DNA of 64,000 nt, taken from contig JBALDB010000056.1 in NCBI GenBank assembly GCA_036918135.1, forward strand, positions 160,001 through 224,000, given 5' to 3'. Shown piece after piece: positions 41,342-53,118 of this stretch. The notes beneath the pieces are model-generated. The model was not told the DNA's origin and did no database searches. It saw only the letters and a program-made list of their open reading frames with translations. Source of the stretch: Nostoc sp. GTDB lineage: Bacteria > Cyanobacteriota > Cyanobacteriia > Cyanobacteriales > Nostocaceae. A program made the translations under genes and the position numbers. Numbering within the stretch: position 1 is the first letter of the stretch; every line of letters starts with the position of its first letter.

Positions 41342-42238
41342 TTATAGCTTATGACTTGTCAGCACTTGTTGAACGAAACAATCTACTGATTGCAAATATT
41401 GGGAACCGGCAACTACTGCGGTGTCATTATGGTTTGCTCCTGGAACCAACAATAATTTCTTTGGTTCGGGAGCAGCAGCATAAAGTTTTTGGCTCATGAA
41501 AGAGGGTACAGCCGAATCCACAACGCCATGAATGAATAAAACGGGTATTTTTAAGTTTGGCAATTTTTTAATCGATTCAAACCGCTGTGTCAAGATTAGA
41601 TCCACAGGAAACATCCAAAACATATTTCGATAAGCGATTAAATCGCGGATGGAGGTAAAAGAGCTTTCCACGATTAAACCAGCGGCTTGTGGGTGTTTCA
41701 CTGCCAAATCGATGGCGATCGCACCTCCCAAAGAATGCCCATAAATAAAAATTTGCTTGGGTGGAATTTGTTGTTGCTGCACTAAGTAATTCCATGCTGT
41801 GACTGCATCTTCATAAACCCGCTTTTCATTGGGAAAAGAACCTTCACTGCGACCATAACCCCGATAATCAATTAGCAACACCGAAAACCCTAACTGATGA
41901 AACCGATTAGCATGAGCTATATTTACGCTAATATTAATACCGTTACCGTGTAAGTATAGCAACACCTTGGTATTAGGTTGTTTGGCTTTTATCCACCAAC
42001 CATGAATGTGTTCTACCTTACCTGTTTTAACAGCTACAGGTAACCAAACCTCTTCATAAGGAAGATTGAAAAACTCTGGTGTCTTTTCAATAACAACAGA
42101 GGGAAAGAAAATGAACCGAGGTTGGTTAACAAAGAGAAATAGACAAATGCCAAGATAGGCGATCGCTGCAACTATCCCGACCCAAAATAGCAGTCGAAAA
42201 AATACTGGTATTACAAATTGCAGCTTGTTTATTTTCAT
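41342..42238 (-). CDS. Alpha/beta hydrolase with N-terminal TM helix
   Basis: LHGN, DYRGYG.S, GHSLG. Confidence 0.9.
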   Translation of the reverse strand: MKINKLQFVIPVFFRLLFWVGIVAAIAYLGICLFLFVNQPRFIFFPSVVIEKTPEFFNLPYEEVWLPVAVKTGKVEHIHGWWIKAKQPNTKVLLYLHGNGINISVNIAHANRFHQLGFSVLLIDYRGYGRSEGSFPNEKRVYEDAVTAWNYLVQQQQIPPKQIFIYGHSLGGAIAIDLAVKHPQAAGLIVESSFTSIRDLIAYRNMFWMFPVDLILTQRFESIKKLPNLKIPVLFIHGVVDSAVPSFMSQKLYAAAPEPKKLLLVPGANHNDTAVVAGSQYLQSVDCFVQQVLTSHKL

Positions 42239-42426
42239 CTTTTTTCAATTTAAAAGTATTTATTGTAACAAATTTATTACTTATATAAGCTGCTTTAGCA
42301 TTTTAAAATAGAGGATTAAGTCATAATCAAGAAAATTTATCAAAAAATCAAATATTCAGTAAATTTACGTATGCACATTTAAGTCTTCTCAATGAAAGTA
42401 GAATTAGCCCATATCAGGAGAAGACT

Positions 42427-42909
42427 GTGACGCCCTTAAATGAAGCTCAACTAGAGCAACTAAAGGAAATAAGCACACATTTACGACAAGTAAGACAGCA
42501 AAAATCCATACGCATAGAAGAAATAGCCGCTCAAACAATGATTCGAGCAGGCGTTTTGCAAGCGTTAGAACAAGAGCGATTTGAAGAATTGCCTGAGCCT
42601 ATTTTTCTTCAAGGATTTATCCGTCGCTATGGAGATGCTTTAGGGCTAAATGGGAATGCTTTATCACAGATGCTGATAACCAATGTTGTCCGTCAAGACT
42701 CTAAAAATACTCGTAATAATTTAGACAAAAAACGAAATACATACATCCCTCTGATTCTGACCTATATTTTATTATTAGTAAGTGCATCTGCTGGTCTTCT
42801 TTATACACTTAATCCCCGACTTACAGCTGAATCCGTGACTCCAGAAGACAATAATCAACAGTCAATAGTTAGCAATCAGACTAACAGAGGACTGGAGACT
42901 GGGGACTAA
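42427..42909 (+). CDS. RodZ-like HTH membrane protein (short)
   Basis: LRQVRQQK.I.IEEIA...LQALE...LPEPIFLQGFIRRYG plus TM helix. Confidence 0.8.
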   Translation: MTPLNEAQLEQLKEISTHLRQVRQQKSIRIEEIAAQTMIRAGVLQALEQERFEELPEPIFLQGFIRRYGDALGLNGNALSQMLITNVVRQDSKNTRNNLDKKRNTYIPLILTYILLLVSASAGLLYTLNPRLTAESVTPEDNNQQSIVSNQTNRGLETGD

Positions 42910-43039
42910 GGACTGGGAATGCGATTTTGAGTTTATGAGGTGGATTAATGAGTATTTGAAATGGATAAATCTAGTTGTAACTCTCCTGTGCCTCCCTGTC
43001 CTTGTTGCTCCCTCATCTCCAGTACCCAATACCTAATTT

Positions 43040-44500
43040 TCAAGATATTTGCGGTTTACGTTGATGCCAATTAGTGGATTGCTCATAAGCATAAGCTACT
43101 TGAAAAAGTTGGTCTTCTCGCAGTACGTTACCAATTAGCTGTAATCCTATGGGTAGTCCTTGCTCGTCAAAACCACATGGCAAACTTAAGCTAGGTAAAC
43201 CAGCAAGATTTACCGGAATAGTCATTAAGTCATTTAAATACATACTTAAGGGGTCAGTAGTTTTTTCCCCTGCTTTAAATGCTGTAGTAGGAGATGTGGG
43301 GCAGACTAACACATCAACTGCACCAAAAGCTTTTTCAAAGTCTTGCTTAATCAGGGTGCGGACTTTTTGAGCTTTCAGGTAGTAGGCGTCATAATAGCCA
43401 GCCGAAAGCGCGTAAGTGCCGATCATAATCCGACGTTTAACTTCTGTACCAAAACCAGTGGCACGGGTACGAGTGTACATCGATAGGAGATTATCAGTAT
43501 CAGCAGCCCGGTAACCATACTTAACACCATCGTAACGAGCCAAGTTAGCTGAGGCTTCTGATGGGGCGATAATGTAGTAAGTGGGTAAGCCATAGCGAAA
43601 ACGGGGACAGGAAACTACATGAATTTCCGCTCCCAAACTTTGCAGTCGATCGACTGCTTTAGTAACAGCATCTTCGACTACAGAATCGAGACCTTCACCA
43701 AAAGTTTCTTTAATCACACCAATTCTGAGCTGACTTCTGGGTTTGAAATCTGGTTTCAAATTAGCAGCATAGTCGGGAATGGCAACTTTCAGGCTGGTGG
43801 AGTCTTTGGGATCGTAACCTGCGATCGCATTGAGTAATATTGCAGCATCTTCTACCGTGTATGCAAATGGGCCAATTTGATCCAAAGACGAAGCATAAGC
43901 CACCAAACCATAACGCGAAACCAAACCATAAGTTGGTTTCATCCCCACAACACCGCAGAAAGACGCAGGTTGGCGAATCGAACCGCCAGTATCAGAACCA
44001 AGAGCAACCACACATTCTTCGGCTGCTACGGCTGCTGCCGAACCCCCCGAAGAACCACCCGGAACTCGTGACAAATCCCAAGGGTTAGCTGTAACTTGGT
44101 ATGCAGAGTTTTCTGTGGAACTACCCATTGCAAACTCATCCAAGTTGGTTTTACCCAGCATTACCGCCCCAGCATCAGCCAGTTTTTGCGTCACCGTTGA
44201 TTCATAAGGTGGTATAAAATTTTCCAAAATACGCGAGCCGCAAGTAGTAGGAATCCCTTTGGTACACATATTATCTTTGATACCCACAGGAATTCCTGCT
44301 AGCAGTCCAATTTCTTCTCCCGCAGCAATTTTGGCATCCACAGTACCGGCCTGCTCTAATGCCCGTTCTGCGGTTACACATAAAAAGCTGTGCAATTTTG
44401 GCTCTAACGCTTGAATGCGTTCTAAAGCTTCTTGGGTAATTTCCACAGCAGAACGTTCTTTTTTTACCAACTGTTCGTGCAACTCGCGGATGGATGCCAT
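43040..44500 (-). CDS. gatA: Glu/Asp-tRNA amidotransferase subunit A
   Basis: [39 protein letters not shown]. Confidence 0.97.
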   Translation of the reverse strand: MASIRELHEQLVKKERSAVEITQEALERIQALEPKLHSFLCVTAERALEQAGTVDAKIAAGEEIGLLAGIPVGIKDNMCTKGIPTTCGSRILENFIPPYESTVTQKLADAGAVMLGKTNLDEFAMGSSTENSAYQVTANPWDLSRVPGGSSGGSAAAVAAEECVVALGSDTGGSIRQPASFCGVVGMKPTYGLVSRYGLVAYASSLDQIGPFAYTVEDAAILLNAIAGYDPKDSTSLKVAIPDYAANLKPDFKPRSQLRIGVIKETFGEGLDSVVEDAVTKAVDRLQSLGAEIHVVSCPRFRYGLPTYYIIAPSEASANLARYDGVKYGYRAADTDNLLSMYTRTRATGFGTEVKRRIMIGTYALSAGYYDAYYLKAQKVRTLIKQDFEKAFGAVDVLVCPTSPTTAFKAGEKTTDPLSMYLNDLMTIPVNLAGLPSLSLPCGFDEQGLPIGLQLIGNVLREDQLFQVAYAYEQSTNWHQRKPQIS

Positions 44501-44581
44501 GATTGCTCTCTTTATGACTCAAGTCCTTGATTTTAGTACATATTGAACGAGATTGGGCAACTTGGGCCCCCTCTGGGGATA

Positions 44582-44731
44582 CTACGGTATATACACAGTC
44601 TGACTTTTCACGGTATATGGAAAAGTCAAAGGGTGTCGGGTGTAGTAAGACTTTCTTCTTTTCACTACACCCTATCCCCTACCCCCTAACGGAGGTTTTA
44701 GGACTTCCTGTGAAAAGTCAGATACACGGTA
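44582..44731. mobile_element. MITE-like element
   Basis: Perfect 13-bp inverted repeat TCTGACTTTTCAC (44599) / GTGAAAAGTCAGA (44710) inside ctacggt.../...acggtag ends. Confidence 0.55.
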
Positions 44732-44899
44732 GGCTTCGGGAAGGGGAAACAAAGCTACGCTTTGACTCTTTAGGGTGCAAGGCTCCCCAACCTACAGACT
44801 ACACACTTCCTCTGCTCCATGTCCTAAAATAAACTATTCTGAGATATATAAAACTTTGTATCCTGAGTTAAATAAGGTTTAATACTTCTTTTAAAACTG

Positions 44900-47233
44900 G
44901 TGCAAGAAGATTTTAGGTTAATTATTGATTTAGTCTCAGTTTTGGCGGTTGCAGCGTGTGGCGGACTATTAGCAGCACTTTTGCGCCAACCAGTGCTGCT
45001 GGGGTATCTCATTGGCGGCATGATTGTTGGGCCGGCTGGACTGGGAGTGATTAAAGAAGTTATTCAGGTAGAGACTCTGGCACAGTTCGGGGTGGCGTTT
45101 TTATTATTCGCTTTGGGTGTAGAATTTTCCTTTGCGGAACTCAAGAAAGTAAAAGCGATCGCTCTGGGTGGAGGTGGACTCCAGATTGCTTTGACGATTT
45201 TGGTCACGGTTACGGTATGCGGGTTAACTGGTGCTTGGGGAACGTTACCTGCTAAGGGAATGTTTTTGGGCTGTATTCTCTCATTGTCTTCTACGGCGGT
45301 TGTCCTCAAGTCGTTGATGGAGCGCAATGAAACAGAAACGCCCCACGGACAAGTGATGTTGGGTATTTTGGTTGTCCAGGATTTGGCGCTGGGATTAATG
45401 TTGGCAGTTTTACCAGCCCTCAACCAACCCGCAGAAACTATTGGTATCGCCGTCCTCACAGCACTGGCGACGATTGCTTTATTTGCCGCCGGCGCAGTAG
45501 CAGCGGGGATTTGGCTGATACCGCCTTTGTTGCGACTGTTAGCCCGTACTGAAAGTAAAGAGCTATTTTTATTAGGGGTTGTAGCTTTGTGTTTGGGTAT
45601 TGCCTTGCTGACAGAGCATTTGGGGCTATCGATTGAAATGGGGGCATTTGTCGCCGGATTGATGATTTCTGAGGTGGAATACGCCGACCAAACCCTGACT
45701 TACGTAGAACCATTGCGAGATATCTTTGCCAGTTTGTTTTTCGCTGCCATTGGGATGTTAATTGACCCAGTGTTTTTGTGGAAGAACCTGGAATTGATTT
45801 TAGTGCTGGTGGCAATAGTTTTTGTTGGTAAGTTTCTGATTATCACTCCCTTAGTGAAACTGTTTCGCTACCCTTTGAAAACAGCGATAATCGCAGGTTT
45901 GGGGCTGGCGCAAATTGGGGAATTTTCCTTTGTTCTCGCCAGTGAAGGGCAGTTCTTAGGGTTGGTGTCCCGGCGAATATATTTACTGATTTTGGGAACC
46001 ACAGCAGTCACTTTGATAGTGACGCCATTTGTTCTGCGGTTAGTGCCATTTTTATTTAACTTTGCCGAATCCATGCCCTGGTTGAAACCGTATCTAGCAG
46101 AAGACCAACCACGGGATACGTCAGAAGATTTACCTGCAAAAGACCATGTGGTAGTATGCGGCTATGGGCGAGTCGGCAAAAATTTAGTCAAGTTGTTGCA
46201 GCAACACGACCTACCCGTGATCGTAATTGACCAATCGGAAAGTAGAATTCAACAGTTGCGTGAAGCTGGGATATCTTATGTTTATGGCAATTGTGTGAGT
46301 TTACACGTTCTGGAAACTGCGGGAGTCAATCATGCCAAAGGAATGGCGATCGCACTTACTGACCCCATGAGTACCCGTCTTTGCTTGAAACGTGCTTTGG
46401 AATTGTATCCAGAATTAGATTTAGTTGCCCGCGCTACCTACAATCGAGATATTGAAGTGCTATATCAACTGGGAGCCAGAGAAGTAGTGCAACCAGAGTT
46501 TGAAGCCAGTTTAGAAATGGGAACTTATTTATTAATTGGCTTAGGCTTTTCCCAAGCTGTTGTTCAACGGGAAATGCAGCAAATTCGCAACGGTCATTAT
46601 TTAGATTTGCGACCAGAACGTTCTGCTAGTGAAGTTGCCTACGATTTGCGCCGAGCAACTCAGGATTTAAATCAACGCTGGTATCCTCTACCATCAACTT
46701 CGCCTTTAATTGGCATGAGTTTAGAAGAAGCAGATATGCGCTACTTAACAGGAGCAAGTTTGATGGCAATTCGCCGCGCTAACGGCGATGAAATCGATTA
46801 TCCCAGCAATCAAACGAAATTGGAAGAAGGCGATCGCTTGCTGGTAGTGGGAGCAGCTGAAGAACTGGCAGCTTTAGCAGAATTCGCCAAGGGACAAGCA
46901 GCTGTTCCCGGAGAAAATAGTGCTTGTCAGTGGATGGCGGTAAATGGTGACTCTCCAACGGTGGCTAAAACTCTTGCAGATTTGGGTATTAGCAAACATG
47001 GTATACAAGTGCAGGCAATTCGACGCGATGGCAAATTTATCCGCTATCCTGATGGCAGTACAGATTTGCGAGTTGGTGACCAAGTATTATTGTGCGGTAA
47101 CTTGACAGGTCTGAGTCAAGTACAACAGTCATTTGGCATTCCTAATAAAGTACCCATTCCTCTCCCTGCAATCAAAGCTAGTAGCGCAGAAGCGCTCAAA
47201 GAGTTTCTGCCTGTTGATAAAATGACTGATTAA
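44900..47233 (+). CDS. CPA2 cation:proton antiporter with TrkA-N and TrkA-C domains
   Basis: LSSTAVVLK, VQDL, QIGEFSFV, GYGRVG. Confidence 0.92.
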   Translation: MQEDFRLIIDLVSVLAVAACGGLLAALLRQPVLLGYLIGGMIVGPAGLGVIKEVIQVETLAQFGVAFLLFALGVEFSFAELKKVKAIALGGGGLQIALTILVTVTVCGLTGAWGTLPAKGMFLGCILSLSSTAVVLKSLMERNETETPHGQVMLGILVVQDLALGLMLAVLPALNQPAETIGIAVLTALATIALFAAGAVAAGIWLIPPLLRLLARTESKELFLLGVVALCLGIALLTEHLGLSIEMGAFVAGLMISEVEYADQTLTYVEPLRDIFASLFFAAIGMLIDPVFLWKNLELILVLVAIVFVGKFLIITPLVKLFRYPLKTAIIAGLGLAQIGEFSFVLASEGQFLGLVSRRIYLLILGTTAVTLIVTPFVLRLVPFLFNFAESMPWLKPYLAEDQPRDTSEDLPAKDHVVVCGYGRVGKNLVKLLQQHDLPVIVIDQSESRIQQLREAGISYVYGNCVSLHVLETAGVNHAKGMAIALTDPMSTRLCLKRALELYPELDLVARATYNRDIEVLYQLGAREVVQPEFEASLEMGTYLLIGLGFSQAVVQREMQQIRNGHYLDLRPERSASEVAYDLRRATQDLNQRWYPLPSTSPLIGMSLEEADMRYLTGASLMAIRRANGDEIDYPSNQTKLEEGDRLLVVGAAEELAALAEFAKGQAAVPGENSACQWMAVNGDSPTVAKTLADLGISKHGIQVQAIRRDGKFIRYPDGSTDLRVGDQVLLCGNLTGLSQVQQSFGIPNKVPIPLPAIKASSAEALKEFLPVDKMTD

Positions 47234-47578
47234 CTAATTCGTAATTCGTAACTATTAATTAGGAATTACTCTAAGACTTTTGGTATAGTACTTACTGAAG
47301 AACTCTAAAATTCACTCTTATCAAAACAAAATTTAGGAGTCAGGAGCGAAACCTGACGTTTTTGTTACTCAGCTCAGAATTGAGCCTGATTGCGTCGTTT
47401 TAGTACGTTTTACACGCAATGATATATTATGATTTGCCGCAATTATATACTGGCGGCTTGGCAGAGCATCTCCGCTTTTGTTGCTCAATTGTGACTTCTG
47501 ATTTCTTGTTCAATTATCTACAAAATATTTTGTAATAAAGATATACATATTGCTTCTAACAATAACAAAACTGATTAT

Positions 47579-48040
47579 ATGGTTGATTATACAAACTTAA
47601 AAATATCAGTAATTAATCAAAAACTGTTTATCAGTAATTGTTTATTAATTCTCACATTCATGACATCCTGTAATTCTCCAAATTCCAAGGAAGATTTGAG
47701 CAAAGAAATAGAAAGTGTTTCTTCTTGGGCAGCAACGGTACAGATGGTTGCTAACGCTTGGCTCAAAAGTAATGTACCCAAAAAATATGCTCAGCAAACA
47801 TTAAATAAAGCTCAAACAGAATTTCTGAGTGAGAAAAAGAAAATTTCTCAAATTAAGCCATCAACAAATATAATTCAGCAGCACCAATCATTAATTGTAA
47901 CTAATGTATCCCAATTAGCAAATCAAACAGAGAAAATGTCAAAAGCAATTGCCCAAAATAATTATTCTCAAGTCCAACAGGAATTAAAAGAATTAGAAAT
48001 AGAAATGCAAAAAATTAATAAGTTAAAAACAATGCCATAG
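47579..48040 (+). CDS. Hypothetical lipoprotein-like helical protein
   Basis: Lipobox-like MTSC; 7 bp from the next gene. Confidence 0.65.
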   Translation: MVDYTNLKISVINQKLFISNCLLILTFMTSCNSPNSKEDLSKEIESVSSWAATVQMVANAWLKSNVPKKYAQQTLNKAQTEFLSEKKKISQIKPSTNIIQQHQSLIVTNVSQLANQTEKMSKAIAQNNYSQVQQELKELEIEMQKINKLKTMP

Positions 48041-48047
48041 CCAGATT

Positions 48048-49262
48048 ATGAAAAAAATTTTGGAAATTGCTCTGGGTATTGTTACTAGTATTGGTGGCTT
48101 TCTGGATGTGGGTGCGATCGCCACAACAGCGGAAGCTGGATCTATTTTTGGTTTTGAATTAATTTGGGCAATTATTCTCGGAACAATTTGTGTTATAGCT
48201 TTAGTAGAAATGTCAGGAAGATTAGCAGCAGTAAGTAAACATACATTAGCTGCGGCAATCAGAGAAAGATTTGGATTTAATTTTTTTATTGTACCTTTAT
48301 TGGCAGAAATTATTGTCGATTTTTTGGTATTAGGTGCTGAAATTGGGGGAGTTTGTGTTGCTTTACAATTACTAACAGGTATTAGTTTTCAGTTTTACGC
48401 TTTACCTGTCGCTTTAGCTTTATGGTTATTAATTTGGTATGGCAACTTCGGCCTGATTGAAAATGGCGTTTCTGTGCTGGGATTAATTACACTCGTTTTT
48501 GTTGTCGCTACCTGCAAGCTACATCCTTCGCTGACAGAAATTGGTAGTAGCTTATTGCCAAGTTTACCACAAGAAGATAAAGCACATTATCTATTTCTTG
48601 TTGTTAGCATTCTGGGCGCTTTAATTAGTCCCTATCTATTTTACTTTTATTCTTCGGGTGCAGTCGAAGATAAATGGGATGAAGGACACATCGGGATAAA
48701 TCGCGCTGTCGCAGGTTTAGGCATGGGCTTTGGCAGTATTGTATCATTAGGAGTATTAATTGTTGCGGCAATAATACTCAAACCCAAAGGTATCCAAGTC
48801 GATAGTTATGAACAAGCAGCATTAATGTTAACTGAACCTTTGGGTTATTGGGGATTTGTACTTTTTGCCCTTTCATTAGGTATTGCTTGCTTTGGTGCAG
48901 CACTGGAAGTAAGTTTAGATACCGCTTATATTGTGGCGCAAACTTTTGGTTGGAATTGGGGAGAAAGTCTGAAACCAAAAGATGCAGCACGTTTTAGTAT
49001 GGTATACACAATATTTATTTTTCTAGCTTCCCTATTAATGGTTTTTGGGATAGATCCTTTACAATTGACTTTATTTTCAATGGCAATTACAGCAGTTATT
49101 TTACCGCCTGTGATTGTACCATTTCTGGTATTAATGAATGATAAACTATATGTTGGAAAATACCGCAATGGTTGGATAAGTAATGCAGTGATAATTTTTA
49201 CGATTGGATTAACTTTTATCTTAGCAATTGTGGCTATTCCTTTAGAATTTATTGCAGGATAA
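48048..49262 (+). CDS. NRAMP-like divalent metal transporter
   Basis: GFLDVG.I.T...AG..FG, EMSGRL, GALISPY; multiple TM helices. Confidence 0.82.
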   Translation: MKKILEIALGIVTSIGGFLDVGAIATTAEAGSIFGFELIWAIILGTICVIALVEMSGRLAAVSKHTLAAAIRERFGFNFFIVPLLAEIIVDFLVLGAEIGGVCVALQLLTGISFQFYALPVALALWLLIWYGNFGLIENGVSVLGLITLVFVVATCKLHPSLTEIGSSLLPSLPQEDKAHYLFLVVSILGALISPYLFYFYSSGAVEDKWDEGHIGINRAVAGLGMGFGSIVSLGVLIVAAIILKPKGIQVDSYEQAALMLTEPLGYWGFVLFALSLGIACFGAALEVSLDTAYIVAQTFGWNWGESLKPKDAARFSMVYTIFIFLASLLMVFGIDPLQLTLFSMAITAVILPPVIVPFLVLMNDKLYVGKYRNGWISNAVIIFTIGLTFILAIVAIPLEFIAG

Positions 49263-49396
49263 TATTAATTTTGAATTTGAAATTAGAAAATGTTTACTAT
49301 CAAATACTTATAAGAGTATCAAACAATACTATCTATTTTATTTTGTATAAAATACGAGAGATTTTTGATAAATTCCTTAAAAGGAGACAATAAAAA

Positions 49397-49768
49397 ATGA
49401 ATTTAATTAGAGATGTCTTGGATAATCAATTAGTTGACCGCAATCAGCATGAAATGGGCAAAGTCGATGGGATTGTTATTCAGTTACGCGATGGAGAACC
49501 ACCAAGACTTGCTTATATCGAAATCGGGATGACAACCCTCGCCAGACGAATACATCCGCGTTTAGCAAATTGGGTAGGGATAATTGCCCAGAAGTGGGGT
49601 GCGAAACAAAGTCAACCCTTGAGAATTCCTTGGTCAAAAGTGCTGGATGTTGGCATTGATGTAGATGTCGATGTGGAAGCAGAAGCAACACCAGCATTAG
49701 CCTATGAAAAATGGCTGCGCGATCGCATTATAAAAAAAATTCCGGGGCAGAATAATGACAACTCATGA
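49397..49768 (+). CDS. PRC-barrel-like protein
   Basis: LDNQLVD.N...GKVDGI...IPWSKV..VG. Confidence 0.7.
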   Translation: MNLIRDVLDNQLVDRNQHEMGKVDGIVIQLRDGEPPRLAYIEIGMTTLARRIHPRLANWVGIIAQKWGAKQSQPLRIPWSKVLDVGIDVDVDVEAEATPALAYEKWLRDRIIKKIPGQNNDNS

Positions 49769-50078
49769 AATTCATTTAGAATTACTGCTAGGTAAACAAG
49801 TCTTAGATTCTACAGGCAAAGCTATTGGACGTATCGAAGAAATTTGCGCCGAACAACAAGGCGAAGAATGGGTGATTAAAGAATATCTGATTGGCTACGC
49901 CGCCATATTAGAAAGGTTATCGGCTTGGAATATTGGCATCGGAATATTAAATCTCTTAGGGGCGCAGAAAATCTACGGTGGTTATACAGTGCCTTGGGAT
50001 ATGTTAGATTTGACAGATCCACAAAAGCCACGTCTGCATTGTAGTTTAGATGAATTAAAGTCAAATAATAATTCGTAA
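49755..50078 (+). CDS. PRC-barrel-like protein
   Basis: LLGKQVLDSTGKAIGRIEE...VPW. Confidence 0.7.
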   Translation: MTTHEIHLELLLGKQVLDSTGKAIGRIEEICAEQQGEEWVIKEYLIGYAAILERLSAWNIGIGILNLLGAQKIYGGYTVPWDMLDLTDPQKPRLHCSLDELKSNNNS

Positions 50079-50257
50079 TTCGGAATTCAGAATTCGGAAT
50101 TTATGGTACTTTTTTCTAGAATTACAAAGTTAAGCCACTGCGTTGGATAGTTTTCCTGGCTTGTACCGCTAACGCAGAACCCCTAAAGTAGCAAGTGGGG
50201 TGAGGCAGTGTGCTTAGTTTTGGAGTAATAATTACGAATTACAAATTATTTTGACTC

Positions 50258-50473
50258 TTAAGTTTTTGGTTTGATATAAGCGATCGCTTGTTTCCAAATA
50301 GTGGTTTGCTCGCTGTTTTCGTCTAAAATGCATACACAATTTGGGTCTTGCCATAAAACTTTTCCTGTGATTACATCGCCAGTCAGCAACTTAAACTCTG
50401 CTGGCATTGTTTGTTTAATCAGGGTTTGAACTTGTTTAATACTAGGCAAAGTGGTGTCAAATTCAGTAATCAT
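50258..50473 (-). CDS. hfq: Cyanobacterial Hfq homolog
   Basis: LPSIKQVQ...KLLTGD.ITGKVLWQD...IWKQAIAYI; divergent from dapF. Confidence 0.88.
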   Translation of the reverse strand: MITEFDTTLPSIKQVQTLIKQTMPAEFKLLTGDVITGKVLWQDPNCVCILDENSEQTTIWKQAIAYIKPKT

Positions 50474-50566
50474 AGTCATTAGTCATTAGTCATTGGTCAT
50501 TGGTCATTGGGCATTATTCACGAATGACCAATGACAAAACACAAATATAATTTATTGATTTGGGAA

Positions 50567-51403
50567 ATGGCAATCAAATTTACTAAGTATCATGGTCTAG
50601 GCAACGACTTTATTTTAATTGACAATCGCTCGTCATCTTTGCCTGTGGTGACTCCAGACCAAGCCATCAAGTTGTGCGATCGCCATTTTGGTATCGGTGC
50701 TGATGGTGTCATTTTTGCCTTACCTGGAGAAAACAGCACCGATTACACCATGCGGATTTTCAATTCTGATGGTTCTGAACCAGAAATGTGTGGTAATGGT
50801 ATTCGCTGCTTAGCTGCATTTTTGGCAGATTTAGAAGGTGAATCGCGCAATCAAGACTTATATCGCATTCATACCCTAGCTGGTGTGATTACACCCCAAA
50901 TCCTACCTAATGGTCAAGTGAAGGTGGATATGGGTTTACCCAGGTTACTCGCTGTTGAAATTCCCACCACCCTTGCACCTGCCCAAGAAAAAGTAATTAA
51001 TCAGCCTTTAGAAGTCGCGGGACAAACTTGGGAAGTCACCTGTGTAAGTATGGGAAATCCCCACTGTATTACCTTTGTGGAAGATGTAGCAGCAATTGAG
51101 CTAGAAACTATAGGCCCTAAATTCGAGCATCACTCGGCTTTTCCCCAACGCACAAATACCGAATTTATTCAAGTAGTGCGAGGCGATTATCTCAAAATGC
51201 GCGTTTGGGAACGCGGCGCTGGAATTACCTTGGCTTGTGGTACTGGTGCTTGTGCTTCCTTAGTGGCTGGTGTGCTAACTGGAAAATGCGATCGCACTGC
51301 CACTGTAGAATTACCAGGTGGGCTGTTACAAATTGAATGGTCAGACGACCAAAGAGTTTACATGACAGGCCCAGCTGAACGAGTATTCATAGGCGAACTG
51401 TAA
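50567..51403 (+). CDS. dapF: Diaminopimelate epimerase
   Basis: [33 protein letters not shown]. Confidence 0.97.
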   Translation: MAIKFTKYHGLGNDFILIDNRSSSLPVVTPDQAIKLCDRHFGIGADGVIFALPGENSTDYTMRIFNSDGSEPEMCGNGIRCLAAFLADLEGESRNQDLYRIHTLAGVITPQILPNGQVKVDMGLPRLLAVEIPTTLAPAQEKVINQPLEVAGQTWEVTCVSMGNPHCITFVEDVAAIELETIGPKFEHHSAFPQRTNTEFIQVVRGDYLKMRVWERGAGITLACGTGACASLVAGVLTGKCDRTATVELPGGLLQIEWSDDQRVYMTGPAERVFIGEL

Positions 51404-52049
51404 CCGACTTACTATTGGCATTACTCAGGTAGTAGTGCCATAGAAGTCTAGCAGCGATCGCTCGCCACGGTTGCCAGTGCTGTGTCATAATTTCTAGTTG
51501 TGCTGGTGTTGGACGTGTCGTCAATTTTTTGAGCTTTTGTAAAGCGATCGCCAATGCTAAATCACCTTTGGGAAAGACATCAGGACGTTGCAGTGCCATG
51601 AGTAAGTAAATATCAACTGTCCAGTCTCCAATACCTTTAAGACGCTTTAACTCAGTTCTAATTGCAGTTTCGTCCATTTTTGAGAGCTGACTGAGGTCAA
51701 GCTGACCAGTGGCGATCGCATTCGCCAACCCCCGACAGTATAAAATCTTTTGCCGACTGAATCCAATTGCTCTTAATTGAGCATCATCTAATGTCAGAAA
51801 ATTTTCTGGCGTCAGCGTTATAACAATTCCACAAAGACGTGTAAATACAGCCTTAGCAGCCGCTAAGGAAACTTGTTGTTCGAGAATAATACACAGAAGC
51901 GTTGCAAAACCCGGTTCTCTTGACCATATCGGTGGAGGCCCCAGTGTTGCTAAAATCTGAGCCAAATCGCTGTCAAGATTGGCAAGCACCATTAAACCAC
52001 GGGTAAGACTTTCTTGAGTCAGCGATTCTAATTCAGGTATCTGAGTCAT
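51387..52049 (-). CDS. alkA: DNA-3-methyladenine glycosylase II (HhH-GPD)
   Basis: [27 protein letters not shown]. Confidence 0.85.
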   Translation of the reverse strand: MTQIPELESLTQESLTRGLMVLANLDSDLAQILATLGPPPIWSREPGFATLLCIILEQQVSLAAAKAVFTRLCGIVITLTPENFLTLDDAQLRAIGFSRQKILYCRGLANAIATGQLDLSQLSKMDETAIRTELKRLKGIGDWTVDIYLLMALQRPDVFPKGDLALAIALQKLKKLTTRPTPAQLEIMTQHWQPWRAIAARLLWHYYLSNANSKSVTVRL

Positions 52050-53118
52050 GTTTGATAAATTTCGATTCTTGGATGAGCAGTTTTTGTTTGCGCTCAATTC
52101 CCCAGTGATAACCCCCAAGAGTGGCATCACTCCGTAATACACGGTGACATGGTACAATTAGCGCGATCGGATTAGCTCCACAAGCATTTCCCACAGCGCG
52201 GACGGCCTGAGGTTTGCCAATCTCACAAGCAATATCAGTATAGGTGCGCGTTTCACCGTAGGGAATTTTCTGTAATGCTTGCCACACTTGCTTCTGAAAT
52301 GCTGTACCGCGGACATCAAGTGGTAAATCGAGATCCGCTTTACCTCCCACGAGCGAGTTGAGGACTGCCTGTATCCAATCTTTGTGTGTCTGGTCATCAC
52401 GGACGATGTGCGCTTGGTGAAATTCCTCCCTCAAGATTTGTTCCAATTTGTCTGCTTCATCACCTAATTTTACGGCGCAGATACCCTTTTGTGTTATTGC
52501 CACCAGTAAATATCCTAGTGGACATGGAGCGATCGCATAAACAATAAACATTGTCTTTCCCGCTTGCTGGTAAGTTTTTGGTGTCATTCCCAGTTGCTTG
52601 GGTGCTTTCTCATACAGTCGGCTACTTGAACCATAGCCAGTGTCATAAATTGCATCGGTAATTTCTTCTCCTGACTGGAGACGCTGCTTTAATCGTTGGC
52701 TACGCAGCGCATCTGCATATTGAAAGGGAGATACGCCAATTATTTGCTTAAATATTTTTTGTAGATAACTAGGACTCATTCCCACCTCAGAGCATAATTC
52801 TAAAAGAGTGGGGATGCGATCGCTTTGGGCTTCAATGTATCGACATGCTGCTAAAACTTTTGCCTGAGCCGAATTTTCAACTGTTTGTGATTGTGGTTGA
52901 CATCGCTTACAAGGTCGAAAACCTCCAATTTCAGCTTCTTGCACCGACTCAAAGAAACAAACTCGATCGCGATTTGGTCTACGGCTAGGGCAAATCGGTC
53001 GGCAATAAATGCCTGTAGAGTGAACGCCATAGAAAAGCTTACCATCAAAACTAGAGTCTCGATTGAGAACAGCTTGCCAGAGAATTTCCTCTAAGACTGG
53101 TGGCTGTTGTAATTGCAT
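52033..53118 (-). CDS. ada: Ada bifunctional regulator / O6-methylguanine methyltransferase
   Basis: TGIYCRPICP, FRPCKRC, AraC HTH, PCHRV. Confidence 0.95.
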   Translation of the reverse strand: MQLQQPPVLEEILWQAVLNRDSSFDGKLFYGVHSTGIYCRPICPSRRPNRDRVCFFESVQEAEIGGFRPCKRCQPQSQTVENSAQAKVLAACRYIEAQSDRIPTLLELCSEVGMSPSYLQKIFKQIIGVSPFQYADALRSQRLKQRLQSGEEITDAIYDTGYGSSSRLYEKAPKQLGMTPKTYQQAGKTMFIVYAIAPCPLGYLLVAITQKGICAVKLGDEADKLEQILREEFHQAHIVRDDQTHKDWIQAVLNSLVGGKADLDLPLDVRGTAFQKQVWQALQKIPYGETRTYTDIACEIGKPQAVRAVGNACGANPIALIVPCHRVLRSDATLGGYHWGIERKQKLLIQESKFIKHDSDT

